This document shows, piece by piece, positions 1 through 12,744 of a stretch of DNA of 64,000 nt; within the stretch, counting starts at the first letter, position 1; the number at the start of each line of letters is the position of its first letter. The DNA is taken from positions 1 through 64,000 of the forward strand of contig JAUCBJ010000795.1 of assembly GCA_032718475.1 (NCBI GenBank), given 5' to 3'. Source of the stretch: Nemertoderma westbladi. Taxonomy: Eukaryota; Animalia; Xenacoelomorpha. The position numbers were made by a program, and so were the translations under genes. The notes beneath the pieces are model-generated. The model was not told the DNA's origin. It saw nothing but the letters and a program-made list of their open reading frames with translations, and searched no databases.

Positions 1-234
1 GATAGGGTTAATGGGAATATAGGGCATTGTATTAGTGGGCATAATGGGAATTGTATTAGTGGATAAAAAATGGGTACAATGGGCTGGGCAGGGCATTACA
101 AGTAATAGTGGGCGTAATAGCCAAGGCATTATATTACCGGTACTGCGAGTATTGGGCAATTTAATAGTGGCCATAACCCCTCGAACCGAAACCGAAAAAA
201 CAAGACTGCAAGAAGCTGTAACTATATAACTCAC

Positions 235-371
235 CCGGTAGACATTCAGTATTCGATATAAACGGAGCCAGACGAGGAGTGTGGGGTCGAGACCCAGACT
301 CAGTAACGTCATCGCCAGTGCCGGAATCGAAGCCGCAGTGGAAGTTGAGCTTCTCGTAGGATTCGAGGAAA
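235..371 (-). CDS. ARID2: ARID2-like coding exon 4; gene continues beyond the left edge
   Basis: Acceptor TATTTACTTTCAG|, 137 nt completing R then FLESYEKLNFHCGFDSGTGDD...TECLP, donor G|GTGAGT (phase 1). Matches ARID2 RYLEKYEK, and the frame is continuous over all four exons. Confidence 0.88.
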
Positions 372-392
372 CTGAAAGTAAATACAATGCGG

Positions 393-3300
393 AGGGGGTC
401 ATACCGAGTCGGGTGTAGGTGTAGGGGGGTCATACAAAGTCGGGTACGGGGTCATACAAAGTCCGGTACGGGGTCATACAAAGTCGGGTAGGTGGTCAGG
501 TCATACAAAGTTGGGTAGGGGGTCATACAAAGTCGGGTAGGGGTCATACAAAGTCGGGTAGGGGGTCATACAAAGTCGGGTAGGGGGTCATACAAAGTCG
601 GGTAGGGGGTCATACAAAGTCGGGTAGGGGGTCATACAAAGTCGGGTAGGGGGTCATACAAAGTCGGGTAGGGGGTCATACAAAGTCGGGTAGGGGTCAT
701 ACAAAGTCGGGTAGGGGGTCATACAAAGTCGGGTAGGGGGTCATACAAAGTCGGGTAGGGGGTCTTACAAAGTCGGGCGTAGGGGGTCATACAGAGTCGG
801 GTAGGGGGTCATACAAAGTCGGGTAGGGGGTCATACAATGTCGGGTAGGGGGTCATACAAAGTCGGGTAGGGGGTCATACAAAGTCGGGTAGGGGGTCTT
901 ACAAAGTCGGGTAGGGGGTCATACAAAGTCGGGTATATAGGGGGTCATACAAAGTCGGGTAGGGGTCATACAAAGTCGGGTAGGGGGTCATACAATGTCG
1001 GGTATATAGGGGGTCATACAAAGTCGGGTAGGGGGTCATACAAAGTCGGGTATATAGGGGGTCATACAAAGTCGGGTAGGGGTCATACAAAGTCGGGTAG
1101 GGAGGGGGTCATACAAAGTCGGGTAGGCGTCATACAAAGCCGGGTAGGCGTCATACAAAGTCGGGTAGGCGTCATACAAAGTCGGGTAGGGAGGGAGTCA
1201 TACAAAGTCGGGTAGGGGGTCATACAAAGTCGGGTAGGGGGTCATACAAAGTCGGGTAGGGGGTCATACAAAGTCGGGTGTAGGGGGTCATACAAAGTCG
1301 GGTGTAGGGGGTCATACAAAGTCGGGTGTAGGGGGTCATACAAAGTCGGGTACGGGGTCATACAAAGTCGGGTAGGGGGTCTTACAAAGTCGGGTGTAGG
1401 GGGTCATACAGACTCGGGTAGGGGGTCATACAAAGTCGGGTAGGGGTCATACAAAGTCGGGTAGGGGGTCATACAAAGTCGGGTAGGGGGTCATACAAAG
1501 TCGGGTAGGGGGTCATACAAAGTCGGGTAGGGGGTCATACAAAGTCGGGTAGGGGTCATACAAAGTCGGGTAGGGGGGTCATACAAAGTCGGGTAGGGAG
1601 GGGGTCATACAAAGTCGGGTAGGGAGGGGGTCATACAAAGTCGGGTAGGGGTCATACAAAGTCGGGTAGGGGGTCATACAAAGTCGGGTAGGGGGTCATA
1701 CAAAGTCGGGTAGGGGGTCATACAAAGTCGGGTAGGGGGTCATACAAAGTCGGGTAGGGGGTCATACAAAGTCGGGTAGGGGGTCATACAAAGTCGGGTA
1801 GGGGGTCATACAAAGTCGGGTAGGGGGTCATACAAAGTCGGGTAGGGGGTCATACAAAGTCGGGTAGGGGGTCTTACAAAGTCGGGTAGGGGGTCATACA
1901 AAGTCGGGTATATAGGGGGTCATACAAAGTCGGGTAGGGGTCATACAAAGTCGGGTAGGGGGTCATACAATGTCGGGTATATAGGGGGTCATACAAAGTC
2001 GGGTAGGGGGTCATACAAAGTCGGGTATATAGGGGGTCATACAAAGTCGGGTAGGGGTCATACAAAGTCGGGTAGGGAGGGGGTCATACAAAGTCGGGTA
2101 GGCGTCATACAAAGCCGGGTAGGCGTCATACAAAGTCGGGTAGGCGTCATACAAAGTCGGGTAGGGAGGGAGTCATACAAAGTCGGGTAGGGGGTCATAC
2201 AAAGTCGGGTAGGGGGTCATACAAAGTCGGGTAGGGGGTCATACAAAGTCGGGTGTAGGGGGTCATACAAAGTCGGGTGTAGGGGGTCATACAAAGTCGG
2301 GTGTAGGGGGTCATACAAAGTCGGGTACGGGGTCATACAAAGTCGGGTAGGGGGTCTTACAAAGTCGGGTGTAGGGGGTCATACAGACTCGGGTAGGGGG
2401 TCATACAAAGTCGGGTAGGGGTCATACAAAGTCGGGTAGGGGGTCATACAAAGTCGGGTAGGGGGTCATACAAAGTCGGGTAGGGGGTCATACAAAGTCG
2501 GGTAGGGGGTCATACAAAGTCGGGTAGGGGTCATACAAAGTCGGGTAGGGGGGTCATACAAAGTCGGGTAGGGAGGGGGTCATACAAAGTCGGGTAGGGA
2601 GGGGGTCATACAAAGTCGGGTAGGGGTCATACAAAGTCGGGTAGGGGGTCATACAAAGTCGGGTAGGGGGTCATACAAAGTCGGGTAGGGGGTCATACAA
2701 AGTCGGGTAGGGGGTCATACAAAGTCGGGTAGGGGGTCATACAAAGTCGGGTAGGGGGTCATACAAAGTCGGGTAGGGGGTCATACAAAGTCGGGTAGGG
2801 GGTCATACAAAGTCGGGTAGGGGGTCATACAAAGTCGGGTAGGGGTCATACAAAGTCGGGTAGGGGGTCATACAAAGTCGGGTAGGGGGGTCATACAAAG
2901 TCGGGTAGGGGGTCTTACAAAGTCGGGCGTAGGGGGTCATACAGAGTCGGGTAGGGGGTCATACAAAGTCGGGTAGGGGGTCATACAAAGTCGGGTAGGG
3001 GGTCATACAAAGTCGGGTAGGGGGTCATACAAAGTCGGGTAGGGGGTCTTACAAAGTCGGGTAGGGGGTCATACAAAGTCGGGTATATAGGGGGTCATAC
3101 AAAGTCGGGTAGGGGTCATACAAAGTCGGGTAGGGGGTCATACAATGTCGGGTATATAGGGGGTCATACAAAGTCGGGTAGGGGGTCATACAAAGTCGGG
3201 TATATAGGGGGTCATACAAAGTCGGGTAGGGGTCATACAAAGTCGGGTAGGGAGGGGGTCATACAAAGTCGGGTAGGCGTCATACAAAGTCGGGTAGGCG

Positions 3301-6039
3301 TCATACAAAGTCGGGTAGGGAGGGAGTCATACAAAGTCGGGTAGGGGGTCATACAAAGTCGGGTAGGGGGTCATACAAAGTCGGGTAGGGGGTCATACAA
3401 AGTCGGGTGTAGGGGGTCATACAAAGTCGGGTGTAGGGGGTCATACAAAGTCGGGTGTAGGGGGTCATACAAAGTCGGGTACGGGGTCATACAAAGTCGG
3501 GTACGGGATCATACAAAGTCGGGTAGGGGGTCTTACAAAGTCGGGTGTAGGGGGTCATACAGACTCGGGTAGGGGGTCATACAAAGTCGGGTAGGGGTCA
3601 TACAAAGTCGGGTAGGGGGTCATACAAAGTCGGGTAGGGGGTCATACAAAGTCGGGTAGGGGGTCATACAAAGTCGGGTAGGGGGTCATACAAAGTCGGG
3701 TAGGGGTCATACAAAGTCGGGTAGGGGGGTCATACAAAGTCGGGTAGGGAGGGGGTCATACAAAGTCGGGTAGGGAGGGGGTCATACAAAGTAGGGTAGG
3801 GGTCATACAAAGTCGGGTAGGGGGGTCATACAAAGTCGGGTAGGGAGGGGGTCATACAAAGTCGGGTAGGGGGGTCATACAAAGTCGGGTCGGGGTCATA
3901 CAAAGTCGGGTAGGGGTCATACAAAGTCGGGTAGGGGGTCATGCAAAGTCGGGTAGGGGGTCATACAAAGTCGGGTAGGGATCATACAAAGTCGGGTAGG
4001 GGGGTCATACAAAGGCGGGTAGGGAGGGGGTCATACAAAGTCGGGTAGGGGGTCATACAAAGTCGGGTAGGGGGTCATACAAAGTCGGGTAGGGAGGAGG
4101 GGGTCATACAAAGTCGGGTCGGGGTCATACAAAGTCGGGTAGGGGTCATACAAAGTCGGGTAGGGGGTCATGCAAAGTCGGGTAGGGGGTCATACAAAGT
4201 CGGGTAAGGATCATACAAAGTCGGGTAGGGGGGTCATACAAAGTCGGGTAGGGTAGGGGTCATACAAAGTCGGGTAGGGGGGTCATACAAAGTCGGGTAG
4301 GGAGGGGGTCATACAAAGTCGGGTAGGGAGGGGGTCATACAAAGTCGGGTCGGGGTCATACAAAGTCGGGTAGGGGTCATACAAAGTCGGGTAAGGGGTC
4401 ATACAAAGTCGGGTAGGGGTCATACAAAGTCGGGTAGGGGGTCATACAAAGTCGGGTAGGGGGTCATACAAAGTCGGGTAGGGGGTCATACAAAGTCGGG
4501 TAGGGGTCATACAAAGTCGGGTAGGGAGGGGGTCATACAAAGTCGGGTAGGGAGGGGGTCATACAAAGTCGGGTAGGGGTCATACAAAGTCAGGTAGGGG
4601 ATCATACAAAGTCGGGTAGGGAGGGGGTCATACAAAGTCGGGTAGGGGGTCATACAAAGTCGGGTAGGGGGTCATACAAAGTCGGGTAGGGGGTCTTACA
4701 AAGTCGGGTAGGGGGTCATACAAAGTCGGGTATATAGGGGGTCATACAAAGTCGGGTAGGGGTCATACAAAGTCGGGTAGGGGGTCATACAATGTCGGGT
4801 ATATAGGGGGTCATACAAAGTCGGGTAGGGGGTCATACAAAGTCGGGTATATAGGGGGTCATACAAAGTCGGGTAGGGAGGGGGTCATACAAAGTCGGGT
4901 AGGCGTCATACAAAGTCGGGTAGGCGTCATACAAAGTCGGGTAGGGAGGGAGTCATACAAAGTCGGGTAGGGGGTCATACAAAGTCGGGTAGGGGGTCAT
5001 ACAAAGTCGGGTAGGGGGTCATACAAAGTCGGGTGTAGGGGGTCATACAAAGTCGGGTGTAGGGGGTCATACAAAGTCGGGTGTAGGGGGTCATACAAAG
5101 TCGGATGTAGGGGGTCATACAAAGTCGGGTACGGGGTCATACAAAGTCGGGTACGGGGTCATACAAAGTCGGGTAGGGGGTCTTACAAAGTCGGGTGTAG
5201 GGGGTCATACAGAGTCGGGTAGGGGGTCATACAAAGTCGGGTAGGGGTCATACAAAGTCGGGTAGGGGGTCATACAAAGTCGGGTAGGGGGTCATACAAA
5301 GTCGGGTAGGGGGTCATACAAAGTCGGGTAGGGGGTCATACAAAGTCGGGTAGGGGTCATACAAAGTCGGGTAGGGAGGGGGTCATACAAAGTCGGGTAG
5401 GGAGGGGGTCATACAAAGTCGGGTAGGGAGGGGGTCATACAAAGTCGGGTAGGGGGTCATACAAAGTCGGGTAGGGGTCATACAAAGTCGGGTAGGGAGG
5501 GGGTCATACAAAGTCGGGTAGGGGGGTCATACAAAGTCGGGTAGGGGTCATACAAAGTCGGGTAGGGGGTCATACAAAGTCGGGTAGGGGATCATACAAA
5601 GTCGGGTAGGGGTCATACAAAGTAGGGTAGGGGTCATACAAAGTCGGGTAGGGAGGGGGTCATACAAAGTCGGGTAAGGGGTCATACAAAGTCGGGTAGG
5701 GGTCATACAAAGTCGGGTAGGGAAGGGGTCATACAAAGTCGGGTAGGCGTCATACAAAGTCGGGTAGGGAGGGGGTCATACAAAGTCGGGTAGGGGTCAT
5801 ACAAAGTCGGGTAGGGGTCATACAAAGTCGGGTAGGGAAGGGGTCATACAAAGTCGGGTAGGCGTCATACAAAGTCGGGTAGGGAGGGGGTCATACAAAG
5901 TCGGGTAGGGGTCATACAAAGTCGGGTAGGGGTCATACAAAGTCGCGTAAGGGATCATACAAAGTCGGGTAGGGGGTCATACAAAGTCGGGTAGGGGGGT
6001 CATACAAACTCGGGTAGGGGGTCATACAAAGTCGGGTGT
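393..6039. repeat. G-rich 21/22-bp tandem satellite, roughly 250 units, in ARID2 intron 3
   Basis: Continuous GGGG(G)TCATACAAAGTCGGGTA units with 24- and 26-bp variants. Unit count estimated from array length. Confidence 0.99.
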
Positions 6040-6255
6040 AAAAATTTGGCGAAATATATCATAAAAACATAGAGAGATGCGCCCGGATACAACCTGTTTT
6101 ATTGACTTTAGTTTATTGTTTTGGCTAAAATAACGTGTCACTGTAACCTGCTCCTTTCCCTTAATTGATAATTTAACATTGAGGAGATACATTAAGTTTT
6201 CTAGTATTAATGCCCCAACTGGCAACTACAACGTAGATAATCTTATGAAACTCAC

Positions 6256-6353
6256 CGCTGATATATAATTCGTATAGCGAGTTCGGAATGAGTGCATCCG
6301 GACGGAAAGTTAATCGAATCGGAAACGTCGTCCCACAAACCGTAATCCGTTAC
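6256..6353 (-). CDS. ARID2: ARID2-like coding exon 3 (ARID domain)
   Basis: Acceptor TTCGTAG|, 98 nt encoding VTDYGLWDDVSDSINFPSGCTHSELAIRIIYQ(R), donor CG|GTGAGT. Compare recalled human ARID2 [33 protein letters not shown]. Confidence 0.92.
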
Positions 6354-6835
6354 CTACGAATATATTGAGTTGTATTTAATTAAGTTTACAGAAATTATAT
6401 GAAATATAAACAGCTGTTTCTGTTGGTTAATTCAGAATTAGAATTAAGTTAATGACTCCATTGTAGTATCAACAGCTTCGCGAGGATTGGGGAAAAAAAA
6501 GGAGGCTTTCGCAGCAGCTAACAGCGAGAATGCGACTATTGAGTGTTGAAATATTGAGACTTCATAATACTAACTTAGCGATATAAAATTAATAAAATTT
6601 CCTTTTCTAAATGAAAATAAAGCAATAGAAATATACTTTTGCTAACAAATGTTATCGAACAAAAATAAATATAGTCTATCTACTAGTCGTAATAAATAAC
6701 TATTTATTATTTAACAATCAGCTGATATAATAGCGAAGTTCTTTATCAGCCCTCCCGGGCTATAATTATACCGCGAACTCGCATAGTCAGTAGCTCAACA
6801 ACTACCGGTACTCCAACTATAAGCATTTCCGAATG

Positions 6836-8727
6836 TACGGAAGCCCAATACGCCACCTTCGCGGACCTCTTGACAAATTGGGGAAACCAGCAAAAGCGCG
6901 CCTTCTCAAATATTCTGTCAACGGCGCGCGTTCTGCCAACGGCGCGCGTTCTGCAAATGGCGCGCGTTCTGTTAACGGCAAGCCCTGTTGTCAGATTGTA
7001 AAATATTTTGTCAATGGTGCGCACTCTGACAATCACGCGACCTGCTGACATCCCTATTCAACACGCAGTACTTGTACTGTGTTTACTTTCAGTACTTGTC
7101 AGCTTGACAGTTGTTAGGGGTATACTGTGGTATGTGTTTAGTACCGGTGATCAGGTGACAGGCTACACAGTAGGCTAAATGTGGATACGTGAACATATTA
7201 TACTTTAGGCTACAGTATTTTGAATATTGAATATGGATAGAATTTTGTTGATTTTAATTATAACCCAGCTTTTCATGAAGGGATTTACCAATCCTGAGAT
7301 TATAAGTTTACTATACACTTTCATGGTGTCAATATTAGTCATGATAGGTCACTTAGGCGACGTTTACTGGACTGTGGACTTCGGCGTCGTGCGTTTTGGG
7401 ATTACGATCCAAGAACCTTAGAACCAAGAACCAAGAACCTTATATCGTTAATGAAATTATAGAACTGGTTGACGGTCATGCGTCACTGCGGGGTTGTCGT
7501 CATATATGGCAAAGGCTTCGACTGAAGGCCTTCGACTGAAGGCCTTCGACCTTCGAATACGTAAGGGAAAGGAATGGGCAGCCTTGAATAGGCTTTCCAG
7601 GATTTGTAAGTCACCGAGAATTAATCGGAAACTTAAGGTCTTGATGTATTGAGTCATGGTGGGCGATATTACGAAAATCTTTACACAGTGGTGGATTAAT
7701 CTGTTCAGTGACCTTATAGAGATAGGAGAATACAACCCAGTGAACGACAATCAAAAATAATTATTGTGGTTTTGTTGCAATAAACTATAATTCAGCTAAT
7801 TCTGCTTAATAATTCAACTAATTTGCTTAACGATTGGAATACGCATTCCATACGCAAGTCACATACATAATGATACTGTGATTGGTAAGCCGTTAATTAA
7901 TTATTACAACCCTTCTATTCGCGGCGGGAGGAACTGTTTGGAACCCGTAGGACTGCATAAAGTTGTAGATCCACAACGGGAAAAGTTCCAAACAGTTCAA
8001 CGTAATTTTCATTATGACGAGCAACCACTATCTGATATTCAAGAGTATTGTTTGTTCGTTGGGGAAAGGCTTGGGTGGCATCCAGAGCCGAAAGATTGGC
8101 AGTAAAGTAAAAAGCGTTACAAACTCCTAAATTCAAAGTTGAAATAAAATACTCTTATTAATAAAACCTAATTGTAACAATATATTTAATTCTTAAATTG
8201 TTACTTTTTCACTCGAATATAACCCAAAATCGGGAGAAAAAGTTTCACTTTTATTCCCTAGGGAAAAAAGTAATCAATAGGATTGCAATTATTTTACTTT
8301 TTGTCCCGGCGAAAAAAGTAAAGTAAAATATTTTTGGTGGAATTTCGTAAATTTTATTACATATATTGAAAGAGCGTCGACGTAGAAGAGGTTTGCAAGT
8401 AATACTGTAAATAACAACTGTCAACCTGAGAAGCACTGAAGTAAACACAATACAGCAGTACCTGTTGTACTGCAGAACAGCCTGTTGAATAGACCGGTCA
8501 GAGCATGTGCCGTTGACAGTGCGCCCGCCGTTGACAAAAAAATTGACAACGGCGCAGGGCATTGAAGAGCGCGCGTCATTGACAGAATATTTGACAATCT
8601 GACAACGGGGCTCGCTATTGACAGACTGCGCGCCGTTGACAAAATATGTGACAACGGCGCGCTTTTGCAGGTATCCCCTCAGTTTGTCATGATGTCCGCG
8701 AAGGTATGGCCGTAATGGGCTTCCGTA
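6836..8727. mobile_element. Non-autonomous DNA transposon with long diverged TIRs, TA-flanked, in ARID2 intron 2
   Basis: Ends are TACGGAAGCCCA and TGGGCTTCCGTA. About 6836-7115 and 8410-8727 are inverted homologues rich in TGTCAACGGCGCGC subrepeats. No transposase ORF. Confidence 0.8.
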
Positions 8728-8923
8728 AGAATGCAATAAAATGGTACACAAAGTCCCACGTCAACAATGCCATCTGTTCTCAGATATCTCTTGTACAGAA
8801 ATGACAGGATTTTAAATGACTTCAACATTGTCTTCCAGTAAGATTAATCAGTAACTGTAATAACAGCCAGAGTTTAATAAAGTTCACTACTATTGACCTG
8901 AACATCACCCAGGGATAGCTAAC

Positions 8924-9017
8924 CTTAATATAACCCCCCAAAGAAGTGACTTTATTGTAGACTTTGAAAAGATCGATTTCTTTTCCCAACACCACAGGAA
9001 GATTCCTGTACGGAGTC
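8924..9017 (-). CDS. ARID2: ARID2-like coding exon 2 (ARID domain)
   Basis: Acceptor TTTTTTATTTCTAG|, 94 nt encoding (G)TPYRNLPVVLGKEIDLFKVYNKVTSLGGYIK, donor AAG|GTTAGC. Matches the ARID motif P.V.GKE.DL..LY..V..LGG..K, and the phase is compatible with exon 1. Confidence 0.92.
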
Positions 9018-9120
9018 CTAGAAATAAAAAAAAGAGTTAAGAAATTAATAAACTTTTAATGGTGATATTATTATATGCAGCGGACCACAACAAGTTACAT
9101 CACAGACTGATGTTCTCCAC

Positions 9121-10150
9121 TACTACTACTAATACGATCGGCGTGCTGCATTATATATTATATATTTTAAATATATACCAAGAATGCTGTGCCGGCTTGT
9201 CGACAAAAATTGCGCCGCCACAACTCCATATCACCCATGACAGTTGCTAGATAATACGCATCTTTAAGGCCAGTGTCCTTTATGATGCGTCTCAAGAAAG
9301 TCATGGGCTGTCCACCATGCTTATTCACTCCATGAGGCTGCCAAAGCACAAGATTATGCACTGGCTGGTCCTCACGGCGAAAGCAATGTCCTGCAAAGCG
9401 GAGGCGGTTCCGTTCAAGTGTCGAGCTAGGGGAGACTAATGGAACCCCTCCAATGTTGTATAGAGTCTGATAGGAGATGTGTTCATTGTACTTGACACAA
9501 CGAAGTCAGGGGCAGTATTATTGTGAAAGTGCCATCCAGAGATGAGGTATCCTCCACAGTTAGAGCCCAGCATGGTCATGGATTCCCATATAAGAGTACT
9601 GGTACTACCGCTGCTATAAATAATGGAACCTTTAAGGTTCCGTTTTATTCGATGGGACTTGCAAATCCTGGACAGACTATTTAACGCTGCCCATACCTTC
9701 CTGTTACGAATCCGGAGGTCTTCACCTGACTTTCTGATCCATGATCCCAAGAAGCAGAAGTCATCCACGTGCTCAACCAAGCAGTCCCTATAGCTTATAC
9801 ACTTGCGATCAGACAGTTCTTGAGGGCTGTCTGTCTAGGTTGACTGTCATGATTTTAGTCTACTTGGAGTTAACAAAAAGACCAACACTAGAAGCAACTT
9901 GCTCCTATGAGCAGATGAGCCTTTGGGCTCCCTCTAGTGATTCTGACAGTATCCCTAAGTCATCAGCAAAGTCTAGATCAGTAAGGTACTTTGCTGGATT
10001 TCCTCCATTTCTTGTTCCAGTAGGGGGTGTTACCATCACGCATCACTCCATATTTATTAACAAGATGATCTAAGGACATGTGTAGATTAACCACAATTAC
10101 GAATAAGAGTGGCACCATGAGTGTCACCATGAAGGATTCCCCATAAGATT
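9121..10150 (-). mobile_element. 5'-truncated decayed RTE-clade LINE (family A)
   Basis: (TAG)n tail at 9121. Broken frames with FADD, LGSWI and RLRFAGHCFRREDQPVHNLVLWQP. Confidence 0.85.
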
Positions 10151-10319
10151 GTTCCATTTCGTTTCGTTTTTTATCAATCTATAAAATTTTAGTTTCGTTT
10201 CGTTTTCTTTTAAATTTTTGATTTTATAAAATAAAAGTTTTAAATATAACCGCCCCCCATACCAACACCATTATTGTAGTATAATGAATGTAGTACAATA
10301 CAATATAGGCCCCTAGGTG

Positions 10320-10862
10320 TACGGACAATTCCAACCCGGACAATTCCGACCCATTCAGAGATCAAATGAAATTTTCATGGGTCGGAATTGTCCGGAACCA
10401 GCATAGGACAATTCCGACCCAAATGATTACAAAATAATATTAATAATAAATAATATTTTTATGTAACCAACATTACATTGTTTTATTATTTAACATAAGA
10501 TTGATGTGTCCATTGATATTCTTCGTTCGAGACAAGTTTACTACGGTATGTAATTTTATAGTTGTATAGTACTTAGTTTAGTGTATTCGGTACTAATGTG
10601 TTTTGGGCACAACCCACCAAATTGTTAATACTAGCTAGTTTTTGCTACTTCTTTTAAAATGTTCTAAAACATATTAGCTATTGATTAAGAAAATATTAGT
10701 GTTCTAGAACACATATTTTTGGTATTAATTACCGGTAATTTCTATTAATTATTTTTATTTATTTGGATCCGGACAATTCCGACCAGGGACAATTCCGTTC
10801 CGACCTGGACAATTCCGACCCTGAAAATTTCATTCGATCTCTGATTGGGTCGGAATTGTCCA
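10320..10862. mobile_element. MITE/foldback element with GGACAATTCCGACC subrepeats
   Basis: 10340-10394 and 10807-10861 are inverted copies, and each is itself a hairpin bounded by GGACAATTCCGACCC/GGGTCGGAATTGTCC. Confidence 0.7.
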
Positions 10863-12039
10863 AAATTTCAAGCATTATAATTCTATCAATGTATATACAA
10901 TAATATGACGTTTCGATGACCGACTTATTAGCGATCAAAAATTGGACGACGACGACAGACAACTCGTTAATGGAACCCCTATGAAAAGGCTTCGCTCACT
11001 TCGTGACTCGCCCCACAGTAAGATTAACAATGAATGGATTGACAGAGTACAAATGCAGATATGAGTATTAGAATACTCTCAGTACCTTTAGTTTCATTCC
11101 AAAATTTTAACATTACACAATTTACACCCATTCACATTTGACGAATTTTTGTTAAAAATGGTTGATATTATTCAAAAATAATTCCAAATGAAAAAAAATT
11201 TCGATCGATTATTATCGACATTATTTTCGATCAATTTTGGACAGCCTACTAATTTACAACCAGTATTGCCTTGTTCCTTTTTAAAGTTTTACAGTCGGTC
11301 TGCCATAAGCTATTGCATTGCATTAGTACCGGTTACTGGTAACTGGTAGGCTAAAAGGGTTGCTTTATTAAAGGAAATAATTTACTCTGTTTACATTACA
11401 ACAATTACGGAGAATATTATTACAAAATTATTTATAATTTTTCAATATTTTAATTTATTAATAAATTTATTTCATTATGATCACCGGTAACTACTTTTTA
11501 ATTTAACGAAACGAAAATAAAAATTTAATGAAACGAAACACTTATTGTTTCGTTTTTCTTTTTGTTTCGTTTTTCGTGTTTTGTTTTTGTTGAAATATAT
11601 ATTTCTATTTAGTTTTTCGTTTCGTTTAACATTTTTTCGTTACGTTATATTTTCATTTCGTTATTGCTAAAAATGCTTCGTTTCGTTTCGTTAGGCTATT
11701 CCTGCCGGTAGCTTTAATATACAACATTTTCTGCTGATTAAATTTTGAAGTTTACGCTAATTATAATATAATAATAATAATAATAGTAATAAAGATAATT
11801 TAATTTATTAACTACTACTGATGGCGTCAGATCATTAAGATCTGCTACTCTATAATCATTAGCAATAGATCTTAAGTTATTACCGGTTGTAGGCCTACTT
11901 CTACAGTCGGAGATAAATAAATTAGCAAGATATTGAACGCATAGCCTATCTGATTTTCGAATACAATTACAAAAAGAAACAAAATACTTACATATTATAA
12001 CCCAAGGGTGTAAAAAAACCTACAATTTCCTGAACAATA

Positions 12040-12350
12040 AACCTATGTGCATTAAAAGGAAGATGACACGCAATTCTCACGTTTGTATTCCAACTGGTTC
12101 AAGGCCAACGACATTCCTCGGATCTAAGGTTCCAAGTGCAACTACCATAAAAGGACATAGCATACAAACTTTGAATATAAGTTATATTATTTGGGTGGGC
12201 AAAACCAAATTCCTGTCTAATATTATTTAACTTTCCAATAAACTGGCCTCTCTTAGGTAAAATATCAACATTCAAAGAGCACTTGATATCTAATGTTATA
12301 CCTAAATGAATCGCATCTTTCACCCATGGCAACAGAATATCACCAATCAA
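12040..12350 (-). mobile_element. Decayed non-LTR retrotransposon ORF2 C-terminal fragment
   Basis: LPWVKDAIHLG...KRGQFIGKLNNI.QEFGFAHP...SFYGSCTWNL, typical of the post-RT region of invertebrate LINEs. Confidence 0.7.
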
Positions 12351-12744
12351 AATTTTCCGCAATGGCGGTTTCCATGCGCTGCGCACCCAAAACGTAACGT
12401 GAATGTGAAGAATACTACTGTAGGTTTTCCTTAGGTTACGCAATGGCTCAATCTAACCAAAACAATAAACGAATTCTGTTCGTATCTGTTCAAGTTATAG
12501 GCCTAAGATAGAAATAAGCGCTTTAAAACACTTTAAGGAGAAATTAAAAAAAATACAAAGTTTTCATATACAAAATTAAAATAAAAAGTAGACCGAAACG
12601 TAAAAACCTGATAACGTATTCTTCCAATGGGCGAATTAATGGTGAATAAACATAAACAGATAGGCCTAGCATAGAGGCTTGACAGATTTCATTCCCAAAT
12701 GAAACATAAATTAAGACAAAAAAACATATATAATTGTAATATTA

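Noticed and set aside
899-5757. Heptad ORFs (YDPYPTL)n in the satellite, reminiscent of the Pol II CTD
   Set aside because: By-product of the 21-bp unit. The frame is constantly broken by 22-bp units and the region is intronic.
1-6039. Telomeric or subtelomeric repeat
   Set aside because: No TTAGGG-type unit, and the array lies between two exons of a gene.
6746-8751. ORFs in the TIR arms as a transposase
   Set aside because: Short repetitive translations of subterminal repeats, with no DDE features.
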